A stretch of 59,195 bases of DNA from Candidatus Moranbacteria bacterium GW2011_GWE2_36_40 (lineage in GTDB: Bacteria; Patescibacteriota; Minisyncoccia; Moranbacterales; GWC2-37-73): positions 1-59,195 of the forward strand of contig LBRX01000003.1 of the NCBI GenBank assembly GCA_000991645.1, given 5' to 3'. The notes under the pieces were generated by a model. The model worked only from the letters and a program-made list of their open reading frames with translations. It did no database searches and had not been told where the DNA came from. Shown one piece after another: positions 45,911 through 55,213 of the stretch. The position numbers were made by a program, and so were the translations under genes. How positions within the stretch are numbered: position 1 is the first letter of the stretch; every line of letters begins with the position of its first letter.

Positions 45911-46053
45911 TGCTCCAAGATTTATTACTTTTTAGTATATATATGATAACACACAAGAATAATGGTGGCAAAAATATTTTCACAACCCTATTGGCGCATT
46001 TTTAAATAGTTTTGTATAATAAAATAACTTAAATAATTGGCTTAAATCACACG

Positions 46054-46980
46054 ATGCTTATGTTTCAAGACACAGCAAAAATGAAGCCTGTCAGTGAGCG
46101 AACTCCTGACAATCAATATAAAGACCTCTTAAAAAGAATCAAGGCAGAGGGTGTTGGCATGGAAACTCAACAAGAAACAGATGCAATTTCAGTGACTGGT
46201 GCCACCATGCGTTTCAAATTGGAAAATGGCTTCCCAATGCTTATGGAGCGAAACATGGCTCCAAACATTCAACCAGAGACTATTTGGAAACAAGCTATTG
46301 GAGAAATTATCGGCTTTGCCAATGGAGCACGAACTCTTGAGCAACTAGCAAGTTATGGATGTTATTGGTGGACTCCCTGGGGCACAGAAGAAAAATGTAA
46401 GAAACGAGGTCTTGAAACTGGAGACCTTGGACCAGGATCTTATGGTGCAGCTTTTCATGACTTCCCTACAGCTGACGGCGGAACATATAATCAATTTCAA
46501 AATATCATCGAACAAATTAAGGAGTTTCCACATCTGCGCACACATTTTATCACACCCTGGATTCCACAATATACGATTCGTGGAACTGGCAAAACGCAAA
46601 AGGTTGTCGTGTGTCCATGTCATGGCTGGATTCATCTGCGAGTGCTTGATGGCAAGTTAACCCTGCACATGTTTCAACGCTCTGGCGATGTGCCAATCGG
46701 TGTGCCTTCAAACATGGTGCAATATGCGGCGCTGACTATGATGATTGCACAAGCGACAGGACTAACACCATATGAATATGTTCATACCATCTCTGATGCG
46801 CACATCTACGTTGACCAAATGGATGCAGTTGATAAAATGTTGGAGCGCGAATCAAGGCCATATCCAACCATGAAACTTAATACTGACAAAACTGATTTTT
46901 TTACCTTCACTAAAGACGACTTTGAACTTTCTGATTATGATCCCCATCCAGGAATCAAAGGGATTGCAGTGGCTGTTTAA
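46054..46980 (+). CDS. thyA: thymidylate synthase (ThyA fold, divergent phosphate-binding residues)
   Basis: ..CPCHGW.. (catalytic Cys), ..FQRSGDVPIGVPSNMVQYAAL.., ..SDAHIYVDQ.., ..YDPHPGIKGIAVAV* are colinear with E. coli ThyA. Confidence 0.8.
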   Translation: MLMFQDTAKMKPVSERTPDNQYKDLLKRIKAEGVGMETQQETDAISVTGATMRFKLENGFPMLMERNMAPNIQPETIWKQAIGEIIGFANGARTLEQLASYGCYWWTPWGTEEKCKKRGLETGDLGPGSYGAAFHDFPTADGGTYNQFQNIIEQIKEFPHLRTHFITPWIPQYTIRGTGKTQKVVVCPCHGWIHLRVLDGKLTLHMFQRSGDVPIGVPSNMVQYAALTMMIAQATGLTPYEYVHTISDAHIYVDQMDAVDKMLERESRPYPTMKLNTDKTDFFTFTKDDFELSDYDPHPGIKGIAVAV

Positions 46981-46991
46981 TTTTAAAAAAT

Positions 46992-47453
46992 ATGACCGAA
47001 GAAAAAAAAACATTCGTAAATCTCAAACATGCTCGCACGCAAGAGCAAATTGATGTCATGACTCAAATTGAAAAAGATGGAGTCTGTCCTTTTTGCATGG
47101 AAAATTTTCTCAAATATCACCCCAAGCCAATTCTGGATGAAAATGAAAATTGGGTTGTCACTGAAAATATGAGTCCCTATGAAGGCACCGTGCATCATTT
47201 TCTTTTCGTCTGCAAAAGACATTTCACTATGCCAAATGGAATGAAAGATGAAGAAAAGAAGAGTCTTTTTGATTTAATCAATGTGATGATTTCAAAAAAT
47301 GAAATCATTGGGGGATCAATTCTAATTCGCTTTGGAGACATGGACTACAATGGAGCCAGTGTGGATCATTTCCACGCCCATTTGATTGTCGGCGAAACCA
47401 ATGATGGACAACGTGAAAAAATCAAGGTTAAAGTCGGATTTCAAAAAGCCTAG
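46992..47453 (+). CDS. HIT-superfamily protein (CPFC plus HxHxH-type motif)
   Basis: ..DGVCPFCMENF.. and ..SVDHFHAHLIVG... Confidence 0.7.
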   Translation: MTEEKKTFVNLKHARTQEQIDVMTQIEKDGVCPFCMENFLKYHPKPILDENENWVVTENMSPYEGTVHHFLFVCKRHFTMPNGMKDEEKKSLFDLINVMISKNEIIGGSILIRFGDMDYNGASVDHFHAHLIVGETNDGQREKIKVKVGFQKA

Positions 47454-47514
47454 CCATGACTATAATATTTAAAACTTCAAAAAAGCGCATCCAACGCTTT
47501 TTTCTTTGCGAGGG

Positions 47515-47542
47515 TTGACTTTTTGCAAATTTTTGCTACAAT
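47515..47542 (+). promoter_or_regulatory. candidate promoter (TTGACT-16-TACAAT, with TGc extended -10)
   Basis: ttgact ttttgcaaatttttgc tacaat, preceded by the terminator aaaaaagcgcatccaacgctttttt of the upstream HIT gene. Confidence 0.5.
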
Positions 47543-47630
47543 AACGCTTCCAGCAACTTACCAAACAAATGCCACAAAAAGAGCATTTCATACCACTAAC
47601 AGCGCTTAAATGCGCAAAAAGGAGAAGGAG

Positions 47631-48059
47631 ATGAACAGATTCTTTGCGATATTTAAAAATGTTGACGAATCATCACTAAAGGCATGCGAAATAACCTCTT
47701 TGGTAGACTGCATTTTGGCAATGGTTCACACTATCATTCCTGCGGTGGTCGAAGCAACTATCTATAACAATGAGACGACCATTGCACATTTTGACGCCAT
47801 TACAGGAATTCTAGCGCTTAACAAAGATTATGATTTAAAGATCCACTATATAAATCCAAACACACAAGAGCCAGTAGTGGAGCTCTGGTTTAATTCGAAA
47901 GATAAATCAGTTGGTACGATTTATTGTTCCAATGATGTTGTAAGTGAAATGTGTAGTGACGCCCTTCCAATGGTTTATTTTGAAAAAATCAAGATTGGCC
48001 GAAATTATTTCGAGAATGCCAGGGAAAATATTTTCATGCTTCCTCCATCCTCATCATAA
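47631..48059 (+). CDS. hypothetical protein (142 aa)
   Basis: ATG 47631 lies behind aaaaaggagaaggag. The leader gcgcttaaatgcgca is repeated before the next gene (gcgcttgaatgcgca). Confidence 0.5.
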   Translation: MNRFFAIFKNVDESSLKACEITSLVDCILAMVHTIIPAVVEATIYNNETTIAHFDAITGILALNKDYDLKIHYINPNTQEPVVELWFNSKDKSVGTIYCSNDVVSEMCSDALPMVYFEKIKIGRNYFENARENIFMLPPSSS

Positions 48060-48122
48060 ACAGGAGGAATTTACTTCACAAAATAACAATGCGCTTGAAT
48101 GCGCATAAAAAAGGAGAGGAAA

Positions 48123-49190
48123 ATGGCAGACAATAATTTATATCGACCAGACAGAGGCAGAAGCGCAGCGCAAACAAAAGAGATGGTAGACGCAGAAAAA
48201 GCTGGCAGATGTGTTTTTTGTCAGATTGACTTCAAGAAGAATAAGCCTCTCAATAAAAAAGGAGAGGTTGACTTAACCGGATCAGACTGGAAACGTTGGT
48301 GGGTTTGGGAAAATCCTTATCCACAAGAACACCAGAAGCACATTATGTTTGTACTGAAAAGGCACGTGCCTGGAATAAAGTTTTATGAGCTTTACATGAC
48401 GGAATGGATGGAGCTTATCCGCATCATATTGTGGACAGTTTTATTCTTCGGTTTCAAGGGCTTCGGATTTGTATTCAGAGGTGGCGATACAGAATTTAAC
48501 GCTGGTTCAATTCCTGGACATTTCCATGCACAAATTCAAGCACCTGATGGAACTGGTCCAGTCAAGGCAACTTTTTTCAAGGACATGAGCCCAGAAGAAC
48601 AAGCTCGCCGAGCCAATCGTTCAATTTACAGCAAAAAAAATCTTGAATGCGTTGAAGGATATATCGTCTACAATGAATTTAACCAGGTTTTGCGAGAAAA
48701 CTTCCGATGGGGCAATCCCAGTATTGAAGATCATGTATTTGTTCACACAAAGGAAGCTCTTGGCTGGATTTATGCGGCACTAAAAGAATGGGGCGAGTTA
48801 TCCAATCTTGCTTGCTTCGTGAAGCAAGCAACATGGACCGCTAGTGGAGCAATAACACTTAGCAGTCAAACACAATTTTTCCACACACTATTCATGGAAA
48901 AAGCTATTCAAATCACAGAAGAATCCCTTTTAAAATACAAAACCCTGGAGGGAGTATCTTTTCAGGATGAAAATGGATATTTTCTGAACTCTGATTTTAA
49001 TTGGAGCGAAAATGATCCATACTATTTTCACTGGCACGCAGAAAGATACGTAGAAGAAGCATTATATTTACTCGGCAAACATCAGATAAAAACCGAATGC
49101 TGGTATGTGCGCAAAAACATGCCTCCCTCAGAAACAAAATGTGACTCCCTCAACTGGATCGATGACCGTGAGGAATTTGAAATCGGCTGA
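48123..49190 (+). CDS. HIT-like domain fused to an unknown ~190-aa C-terminal domain
   Basis: ..GRCVFCQIDF.. and ..IPGHFHAQIQAP.. parallel the 46992 paralog. ATG 48123 follows aaaaaaggagagg. Confidence 0.6.
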   Translation: MADNNLYRPDRGRSAAQTKEMVDAEKAGRCVFCQIDFKKNKPLNKKGEVDLTGSDWKRWWVWENPYPQEHQKHIMFVLKRHVPGIKFYELYMTEWMELIRIILWTVLFFGFKGFGFVFRGGDTEFNAGSIPGHFHAQIQAPDGTGPVKATFFKDMSPEEQARRANRSIYSKKNLECVEGYIVYNEFNQVLRENFRWGNPSIEDHVFVHTKEALGWIYAALKEWGELSNLACFVKQATWTASGAITLSSQTQFFHTLFMEKAIQITEESLLKYKTLEGVSFQDENGYFLNSDFNWSENDPYYFHWHAERYVEEALYLLGKHQIKTECWYVRKNMPPSETKCDSLNWIDDREEFEIG

Positions 49191-49203
49191 TTCATAGCCA
49201 AAC

Positions 49204-49245
49204 AGAGACCCGACGAACTTAAAAAGTTTGCCGGGTCTGTTTTTA
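49204..49245. terminator. bidirectional terminator between convergent genes
   Basis: agacccg ..19 nt.. cgggtct followed by ttttt. Confidence 0.6.
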
Positions 49246-49255
49246 TTCAAAAATT

Positions 49256-49678
49256 TTATTTCTTATTTATTTTATCAATAATTTTGGCAAATTCTTTTTT
49301 CGACAAGCTTTTAAACAACTCTGTTTCGTGAACTTGCGACTTTTTGTAGAGATTGTCTTTGAATTTTCTTGGTTGCAAATGAACATGCAAGTGATGTACC
49401 TTCAAATTGCTTTGTTTTTGAAATGGACGATAGTTTTGACGAATATCACATCCCTTGGATACGTATTTTAAAATTTTTTCCTCAAATTCAATCACAAAAT
49501 TCCAGAGGTCAACTTTTTCAATTTCCTTAAGCTCTGATAATTTTTCAATATGTCTCTTGGGAACAACCAAGAGGTGGCCAGGCATCAATCGCGGATTGCT
49601 GAATATAACAAAAGAATATTTACTTTCTTTAAGGACTTGATTCCTATCATGATCAATTTCGCAAAATGGACAATTCAT
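49256..49678 (-). CDS. HIT-family protein
   Basis: MNCPFCEI.., ..PGHLLVVPKRH.., ..KVHHLHVHLQP... Confidence 0.8.
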   Translation of the reverse strand: MNCPFCEIDHDRNQVLKESKYSFVIFSNPRLMPGHLLVVPKRHIEKLSELKEIEKVDLWNFVIEFEEKILKYVSKGCDIRQNYRPFQKQSNLKVHHLHVHLQPRKFKDNLYKKSQVHETELFKSLSKKEFAKIIDKINKK

Positions 49679-49701
49679 ATAATAACCATTTTAAAATCTT
49701 T

Positions 49702-50538
49702 TTACTCTTCAACTCTGACAATTTCAACACCGCTTTCTTTTAAAATACTTTCAGCATCCAAAACCCCATAACCAACACGATAATACACCCTCGTGATGCC
49801 ACTGCAAGCAATTAATTTGGCACAAGGTGGACACGGAAAGGTGGAAACATACATTTCAGCACCCTCCAAAGAGATGCCTTTCTTGGCTGCCTGAGCAATC
49901 GCAGAGGCCTCTCCGTGAATCGAGGTTCCAAGCTCCAAATGCACTCCTTTGTGAAAATTGTTTCGAGGATCACCATTTGCATATGGTGAATGTTCGCTTG
50001 GCAAATGCTGATTGTGTGCAGCTATGATTATTCCTCCATCTTTAATAATCACACTTCCAACTCTTCTCCACCAATCCGAACTCTTTTCAGCTTCCTCGTC
50101 AGCCAGTGCAATCATTTTTTTATCAAAATCTGCAGATGAAATTTTCACGTCAGGGTTGATTTCATTTTCAGCCACAGTATTGTGCTTGTCCCAACGCAAA
50201 AAAATTGAATCTAGGCACACTTCATGTTTTGGAAAATATTGCTCCCAAAGTTTCAACATCACATCTTCTTTGGGCATCACAATTGTCGGTTTTTTTTCAA
50301 CAATTTCATCCAAAAGTTTTTGATCCAAAATATAAACATTTTCAAAAATGTTCCAAGCTTCAATCCCCTTTTTTACTAACTCAGGATCAAGTTGACGAAT
50401 TTCTTTGGCAAGATGAGAAAACTGCGAAATAATTTCATTTCCCAAGATATACAAATCACCATCTTCGCGATGTTTTTCAAAAAATTGTCGATAACCTTCA
50501 TGCAAAACTGGCACATAGACTATAACTGCTTTTTTCAT
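49702..50538 (-). CDS. dCMP/cytidine deaminase domain protein with a ~130-aa N-terminal extension
   Basis: Zinc motifs ..HGEASAI.. and ..PCPPCAKLI... Confidence 0.8.
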   Translation of the reverse strand: MKKAVIVYVPVLHEGYRQFFEKHREDGDLYILGNEIISQFSHLAKEIRQLDPELVKKGIEAWNIFENVYILDQKLLDEIVEKKPTIVMPKEDVMLKLWEQYFPKHEVCLDSIFLRWDKHNTVAENEINPDVKISSADFDKKMIALADEEAEKSSDWWRRVGSVIIKDGGIIIAAHNQHLPSEHSPYANGDPRNNFHKGVHLELGTSIHGEASAIAQAAKKGISLEGAEMYVSTFPCPPCAKLIACSGITRVYYRVGYGVLDAESILKESGVEIVRVEE

Positions 50539-50563
50539 AATTTTGTTTTTGAATTTTTACAAA

Positions 50564-51187
50564 CTACTTCACGCCTGCCATAGCCTCTTCAATTGCCTTG
50601 AGAAGTTTCGGAGTAAGTGAACGTTCAAGTTTCTTGGCAGTATTAATCTGCATTGAACGAATTTTGGCAGAAGTTGAAGTTGTCGCTTGAGATTCAAGCA
50701 TAACAATTTTTCCACAATATTTTTTCAATTCTTTCAGCTCATCTTTGCTATAACCTTGTCTTTTTGTGGCAATCAAAACATCCGGACAAACCAATTTGAT
50801 CATGTGCCATTTAGGATCATGCAATTCTTTCAATGCCACCAAATCAACATGCCTGAGATGCGTGATCATTTCCATCCTTTCATTTTGTGGAACAATTGGA
50901 CGTTCAGGTCCCTTTCTTGAACGTATTTTTTCATCACTATCAACACCCACAACCAAGAGATCTCCATATTTTTTAGCTTCTTGCATATATCGAGCATGCC
51001 CAATATGAATCAAATCCCAACTACCTTGAGTAAGAACTATTTTCAAACCAAGACCTTTGCAATGTCCTACAATTTCCTTGAGCCTTTTGTTATTCAAAAT
51101 TGATTTTCCGCCTAGCATCAATTCTGATTCAATAAATGCTCCCATTCTTTCCTGTATTTTCTTCTTCATATATATAGAATTAATCAA
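50564..51187 (-). CDS. cytidylyltransferase-family nucleotidyltransferase
   Basis: ..TQGSWDLIHIGHARYMQEAKKYGDLLVVGVDSDE.. ((H/T)xGH motif of the CTP-transferase-like fold). Confidence 0.65.
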   Translation of the reverse strand: MINSIYMKKKIQERMGAFIESELMLGGKSILNNKRLKEIVGHCKGLGLKIVLTQGSWDLIHIGHARYMQEAKKYGDLLVVGVDSDEKIRSRKGPERPIVPQNERMEMITHLRHVDLVALKELHDPKWHMIKLVCPDVLIATKRQGYSKDELKELKKYCGKIVMLESQATTSTSAKIRSMQINTAKKLERSLTPKLLKAIEEAMAGVK

Positions 51188-51199
51188 TTACTAATACTA

Positions 51200-51751
51200 T
51201 TAGATATTTTGTTTTATAATATCATCAACCTGCTTATAAAGATCTGAGAATGTTGAATTATTTTCAACAACATATTGCGCATAATTTTTCATATCAACGA
51301 TTCGTGCATCAGCATCAGCCAAGTGATCACGTTTGAACTCATCAAACGTTTTCATTGAATCGCCAGCATTTTCTCCTCGCTTTATTAATCTTTCGTAACA
51401 CGTTTCCATATCAGCATCAATATATATCAACTTAAAATTAGGAAGCTCTCTTAGATACGCAATGTCCTCCAAACGACGCACACCATCAATTGCCACAATG
51501 TCATGCGCGTCATTATACACGTCATGATACATGCTTTTTGCTAAAACATCCTCGCCAAAATTCTTTCTCAAGATAAGAGACAGTGTCGTGATGCTTTCTC
51601 TGCTTTGTTCAATATAAATACGGTCCAAAATATCTCGAAGAATCTGTGAAAACTTGTGCGTGCCGGCATTATAATTTTGTTCAACATGTTTTACTATAGA
51701 ACCCTTGCCACTTCCCATTTCTCCAACAATACCCAAAATCAATTTAGCCAT
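51200..51751 (-). CDS. P-loop nucleotide/nucleoside kinase-like protein
   Basis: MAKLILGIVGEMGSGKGS.. Walker A at the N-terminus and ..AIDGVRR... ATG 51751 is preferred over the track start at 51796. Confidence 0.6.
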   Translation of the reverse strand: MAKLILGIVGEMGSGKGSIVKHVEQNYNAGTHKFSQILRDILDRIYIEQSRESITTLSLILRKNFGEDVLAKSMYHDVYNDAHDIVAIDGVRRLEDIAYLRELPNFKLIYIDADMETCYERLIKRGENAGDSMKTFDEFKRDHLADADARIVDMKNYAQYVVENNSTFSDLYKQVDDIIKQNI

Positions 51752-51898
51752 AAATTTATATAAAGATGATTGCTTATGTCCCTTTATTATATACACTTAA
51801 TCTGATCCAGTAAACCCCCACATTTACAGTAAATGTGGGGGTAAATACCTCCCTATTAAATACCGCCAAGCAATTTAACAGGGTAAATATTACAACAC

Positions 51899-51935
51899 AA
51901 AAAAAACCACCGCTGACAATTACTGTCTGCGGTGG
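51899..51935 (-). terminator. intrinsic terminator of the lipoprotein gene
   Basis: Minus strand reads ccaccgc agacagtaattgtca gcggtgg followed by tttttttt. Confidence 0.7.
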
Positions 51936-51959
51936 CAAAATACACTTCAAGAAGAAGGA

Positions 51960-52943
51960 TTACCCTCCAACTGGGTAATATTTCAATGTTATCACATTAC
52001 TTTCCCACTCATCGGCCGACAAGCTGCCAGCCATCGTGGGATTGTATGTTTCCAAATACCAAAGATACTGATCCTGTTCAGTTTCTGGTGTATTATACCT
52101 CATCTTGAAGGAAACTTTCGTTCCATCCAGTTTGAGAATGTAGATATCCTTGATGACCGTGGGGTCATAAGCTGGATAATCTACATTAAACACATATCCA
52201 GGGTACGTGTACGGGCCAGTGGCGACAGGAAATGCTGGCAATTCGTAGGAGAGATTTCCATCTGCTCCTTGAATAATGTTCCCGGCATAAGTGCTGCCGT
52301 CGCCAAGTTCAGCCACAACTTTGAGACCTGGCTCGAAAGTGACCGACGACAATGTGCCGAAAATCAAATCGCAGCCGAATTGCCCTTTCAATGTGGCTTT
52401 CATGGTTGCAGTGTCAAGACTGAGTCTCATTTCATCCTGAGCAGAATCAGCCTCGATATCGCCGTATTCCATGCCTGATTCACTGGGGTTTATCCAATAA
52501 TACAAACCCGGCAGTTCCACCACGTCGAAACTGGCAAGTTCCATCTGGAACTTCTTACCAGATTTCAATACAACATAATACTCTCCCCACTGGTCATTAT
52601 TGGGCAAGCCCGTGAATTTGACTTTGTAGGGTGCTTCCATAGGCATGGATACCTTAAATAGGGATGTTGCCCAATCGCCAAAGCGATATGAGCTATAAAC
52701 AACATAGTCCACATCGCCAGGCTTTATTTCAACGCCTCCATCACGAAGATCTTTCAAATTCCCCTTGTTATCAATGGTAAATTGAAATTCCCTCGTCTTT
52801 ACATCCACTATTGTCATGGTGCTTTTTTGCGCCATTGACACTTGAGATTCTTGTGCGACGGTTACATTGTCGCCACAGCCACTCAACATACCAAGAGCCA
52901 AAAACATCGCCATAGTTAGCAACAAACAAATCATCTTTCTCAT
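51960..52943 (-). CDS. hypothetical lipoprotein (327 aa), visibly GC-richer than the flanks
   Basis: Signal peptide with lipobox MRKMICLLLTMAMFLALGMLSG|C. Own promoter and terminator. Confidence 0.7.
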   Translation of the reverse strand: MRKMICLLLTMAMFLALGMLSGCGDNVTVAQESQVSMAQKSTMTIVDVKTREFQFTIDNKGNLKDLRDGGVEIKPGDVDYVVYSSYRFGDWATSLFKVSMPMEAPYKVKFTGLPNNDQWGEYYVVLKSGKKFQMELASFDVVELPGLYYWINPSESGMEYGDIEADSAQDEMRLSLDTATMKATLKGQFGCDLIFGTLSSVTFEPGLKVVAELGDGSTYAGNIIQGADGNLSYELPAFPVATGPYTYPGYVFNVDYPAYDPTVIKDIYILKLDGTKVSFKMRYNTPETEQDQYLWYLETYNPTMAGSLSADEWESNVITLKYYPVGG

Positions 52944-53013
52944 CTTCTTTCTCCTATTCCATTTTTAAAGATTCCGGCCTGGGCCGTTTCGTGAGGCTTA
53001 CCCACGATTTGTT

Positions 53014-53042
53014 ATTATACTCCTTTTTAATGAAAATGTCAA
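53014..53042 (-). promoter_or_regulatory. sigma70-type promoter (TTGACA-17-TATAAT) of the lipoprotein gene
   Basis: Minus strand reads ttgaca ttttcattaaaaaggag tataat. Confidence 0.6.
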
Positions 53043-53046
53043 GCAC

Positions 53047-53076
53047 AAAAAAAGACACCGCGTGAGTGTCTTTTTT
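53047..53076 (-). terminator. terminator after rplA
   Basis: aaaaaaagacac cgcgtga gtgtctttttt. Two further hairpins lie at about 53121-53170. Confidence 0.7.
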
Positions 53077-53182
53077 GTTGTATGCAAATTTTCCTAACAA
53101 GCCGAGCTCTGACCTCACTGTCCCGATTCCGTATCGGGACATCTCTCCTTATCAAAGGAGAGAACGATATTGAAGAAATTTA

Positions 53183-53860
53183 TTATAAGCTAATCTTGAT
53201 TCCAGGTCCCATGGTTGAACAAATTGAAACAGCGGTCACATATTTTCCTTTTATGCCTGATGGACGAGCCTTTTGAATAGCATCCATAAATGAAACATAA
53301 TTTTCTTCCAATTTTTTAGCATCGAAAGAAACTTTTCCAATCACTTGGTGAACATTTCCAGAATTATCATTTTTGAAGCTGAGTTTTCCTTTTTTTAGCA
53401 TCTCCACAGCTTCTTTAATCTTGTCAGTCACAGTATCAGTTTTTGGAGAAGGCATAAGTCCACGGGGTCCAAGTATTTTTGCAACAGCAGCAAGTTTTGG
53501 CATCATTTCAGGACTTGCAACAATCACATCAACTTCATCCATCTTTCCCAACTTAATTTTTTCAATCAAATCTTCAGCTCCAACAAAATCAGCTCCAGCC
53601 TCTTTGGCTTCCGTTGCTTTGGTTGAAGTAATAACAGCAACCTTGGCAGTCTTGCCAATTCCATGCGGCAAAACCACAGCAGCTCTAACTTGCTGATCAC
53701 CCTTTTTTGGATCAATAGACATCTTGATGTGCACCTCAACAGATTCATCAAATTTTGCAACCTTTGTCTGTTTAACAATCGCCATAGCCTCTTCCGCTGA
53801 ATACAACTTGTTTTTCTCAACTTTTTCAGCCACAGCTTTGTACTTTTTTCCTCTTTTCAT
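53183..53860 (-). CDS. rplA: 50S ribosomal protein L1
   Basis: MKRGKKYKAVAEKV.., ..VLPHGIGK.., ..LGPRGLMPSPK... ATG 53860 is preferred over the track start at 53911. Confidence 0.95.
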   Translation of the reverse strand: MKRGKKYKAVAEKVEKNKLYSAEEAMAIVKQTKVAKFDESVEVHIKMSIDPKKGDQQVRAAVVLPHGIGKTAKVAVITSTKATEAKEAGADFVGAEDLIEKIKLGKMDEVDVIVASPEMMPKLAAVAKILGPRGLMPSPKTDTVTDKIKEAVEMLKKGKLSFKNDNSGNVHQVIGKVSFDAKKLEENYVSFMDAIQKARPSGIKGKYVTAVSICSTMGPGIKISL

Positions 53861-53925
53861 CTTTTTATTGTGGTGCGAACAAAGTCTGCGATAATCGCCT
53901 ACTTCTCCCACGAATTATAATTTAA

Positions 53926-54021
53926 ACCGATACGAAACTACGAAAATGGTACGAATCTACGAAAAAATATTTTTGCGTTTCGTTCGTAGATTCGAATTTT
54001 CATTCGTTGTTTCGAATCGGG
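53926..54021. repeat. ~95-bp ACGAAA palindromic element, copy B
   Basis: accgatacgaaactacgaaaatggtacgaatctacgaaaaa..cgttcgtagattcgaattttcattcgttgtttcgaatcggg. Confidence 0.85.
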
Positions 54022-54022
54022 T

Positions 54023-54451
54023 CTAGTTTTCGATCTTAATCCCCATGCTTCTTGCTGTTCCAGCAACGATATTCATCGCACCTTCAACATCATTCGCATT
54101 CAAATCAATCATTTTTGTCTTCGCAATTTCCTCCAATTGAGCCTTGGTCACAACTTTACCAACCTTATCTTTCAATGGATTTGCAGCTCCCTTTTCAGCA
54201 CCTGCAGCTTTTTTCAAAAGTTCAGCAGCTGGCGCAGTCTTCATAATGAAATCAAAAGATCTGTCTTCATACACTGTAATTTCAACTGGCACAACCTCGC
54301 CCATCTTGTCGCGAGTTTGATCATTGAAGCGTACGCAGAATTCTTGAATAGCCACACCATGTTGACCCAAAACTGGACCAACTGGAGGAGCTGGATTTGC
54401 TTTTCCACCAACTATTTGCAACTTAATAACTGTTTTAATTTTCTTCGCCAT
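54023..54451 (-). CDS. rplK: 50S ribosomal protein L11
   Basis: ..[25 protein letters not shown]... Confidence 0.95.
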   Translation of the reverse strand: MAKKIKTVIKLQIVGGKANPAPPVGPVLGQHGVAIQEFCVRFNDQTRDKMGEVVPVEITVYEDRSFDFIMKTAPAAELLKKAAGAEKGAANPLKDKVGKVVTKAQLEEIAKTKMIDLNANDVEGAMNIVAGTARSMGIKIEN

Positions 54452-54461
54452 ATTATTTTAT

Positions 54462-54555
54462 ACCGATACGAAACTACTAAACGTACACGAATCTACGAAA
54501 AATATTTTTGCATTTTGTTCGTAGATTCGAATGTCATTCGTTGTTTCGAATCGCG
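54462..54555. repeat. ~95-bp ACGAAA palindromic element, copy C
   Basis: Nearly identical to 28511-28604. Confidence 0.85.
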
Positions 54556-54559
54556 TTTA

Positions 54560-55105
54560 TTATATCTTAGTGATCTGTAAGAAATCCAATTCAACTGGAG
54601 TTTCACGTCCGAAAATTGTAACCAACACTTTGACCTTTCCTTTTTCCTCATCAAATTCTTGAACCTTTCCATCAAAATCTTTAAATGGTCCTTCGTTAAT
54701 CTTAACCGCATCACCATTTTTAAGATCAATTTTGTATTTTGGCTCAGAAACTCCCATGCGTTTTTTAAGCATCTCGATTTCTTTTGGATCAACCGGTGTT
54801 GGTGTTGTTCCGAGTCCAATAAATCCAGTCACATTCGGTGTGTTTCGAACAACATACCAAGATGCATCAGTCACAACCATATTTACCAATACGTATCCAG
54901 GATAAATTCGTTCTTCAATAACAGCTCTTTTTCCATTTTTAATCTTAATCTTGTTTTCCTTTGGAACCATTACATCAAAAATCAAATCTTGCATATCCAT
55001 TGATTCAATACGCTGTTTCAAATTTCGAGTAACATTATCTTCATAACCGGAATATGTGTGAATCACATACCAAGCTCGCCCATGATGTTGTGTCTGTTTC
55101 GCCAT
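54560..55105 (-). CDS. nusG: transcription termination/antitermination factor NusG
   Basis: ..WYVIHTYSGYEDNV.., ..PGYVLVNM.., C-terminal KOW ..GDAVKINEGPFKDFDGKV... Confidence 0.95.
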   Translation of the reverse strand: MAKQTQHHGRAWYVIHTYSGYEDNVTRNLKQRIESMDMQDLIFDVMVPKENKIKIKNGKRAVIEERIYPGYVLVNMVVTDASWYVVRNTPNVTGFIGLGTTPTPVDPKEIEMLKKRMGVSEPKYKIDLKNGDAVKINEGPFKDFDGKVQEFDEEKGKVKVLVTIFGRETPVELDFLQITKI

Positions 55106-55213
55106 TTTTGTCTGCGAGGTACGAGCAGCTACAAAAATGAGCGTCCCGTGAACATAACTACAAATTTCAGAAAACTATCTTTGGAATCGTGACTGGGAGG
55201 CCACTCAATATTG

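Noticed and set aside
53926-54555. The structured leaders upstream of rplA and rplK as L1-binding autoregulatory mRNA mimics.
   Set aside because: The same ~95-nt element also sits upstream of nusB (28511-28604), and half of it lies downstream of murD. It is therefore a dispersed repeat family and not an L1-specific operator. A regulatory role is not excluded, but it is not specific.
55106-55213. The slightly GC-richer secE-nusG spacer as a possible small RNA.
   Set aside because: I could find no convincing conserved structure, promoter or terminator. It is more likely an ordinary intercistronic spacer.
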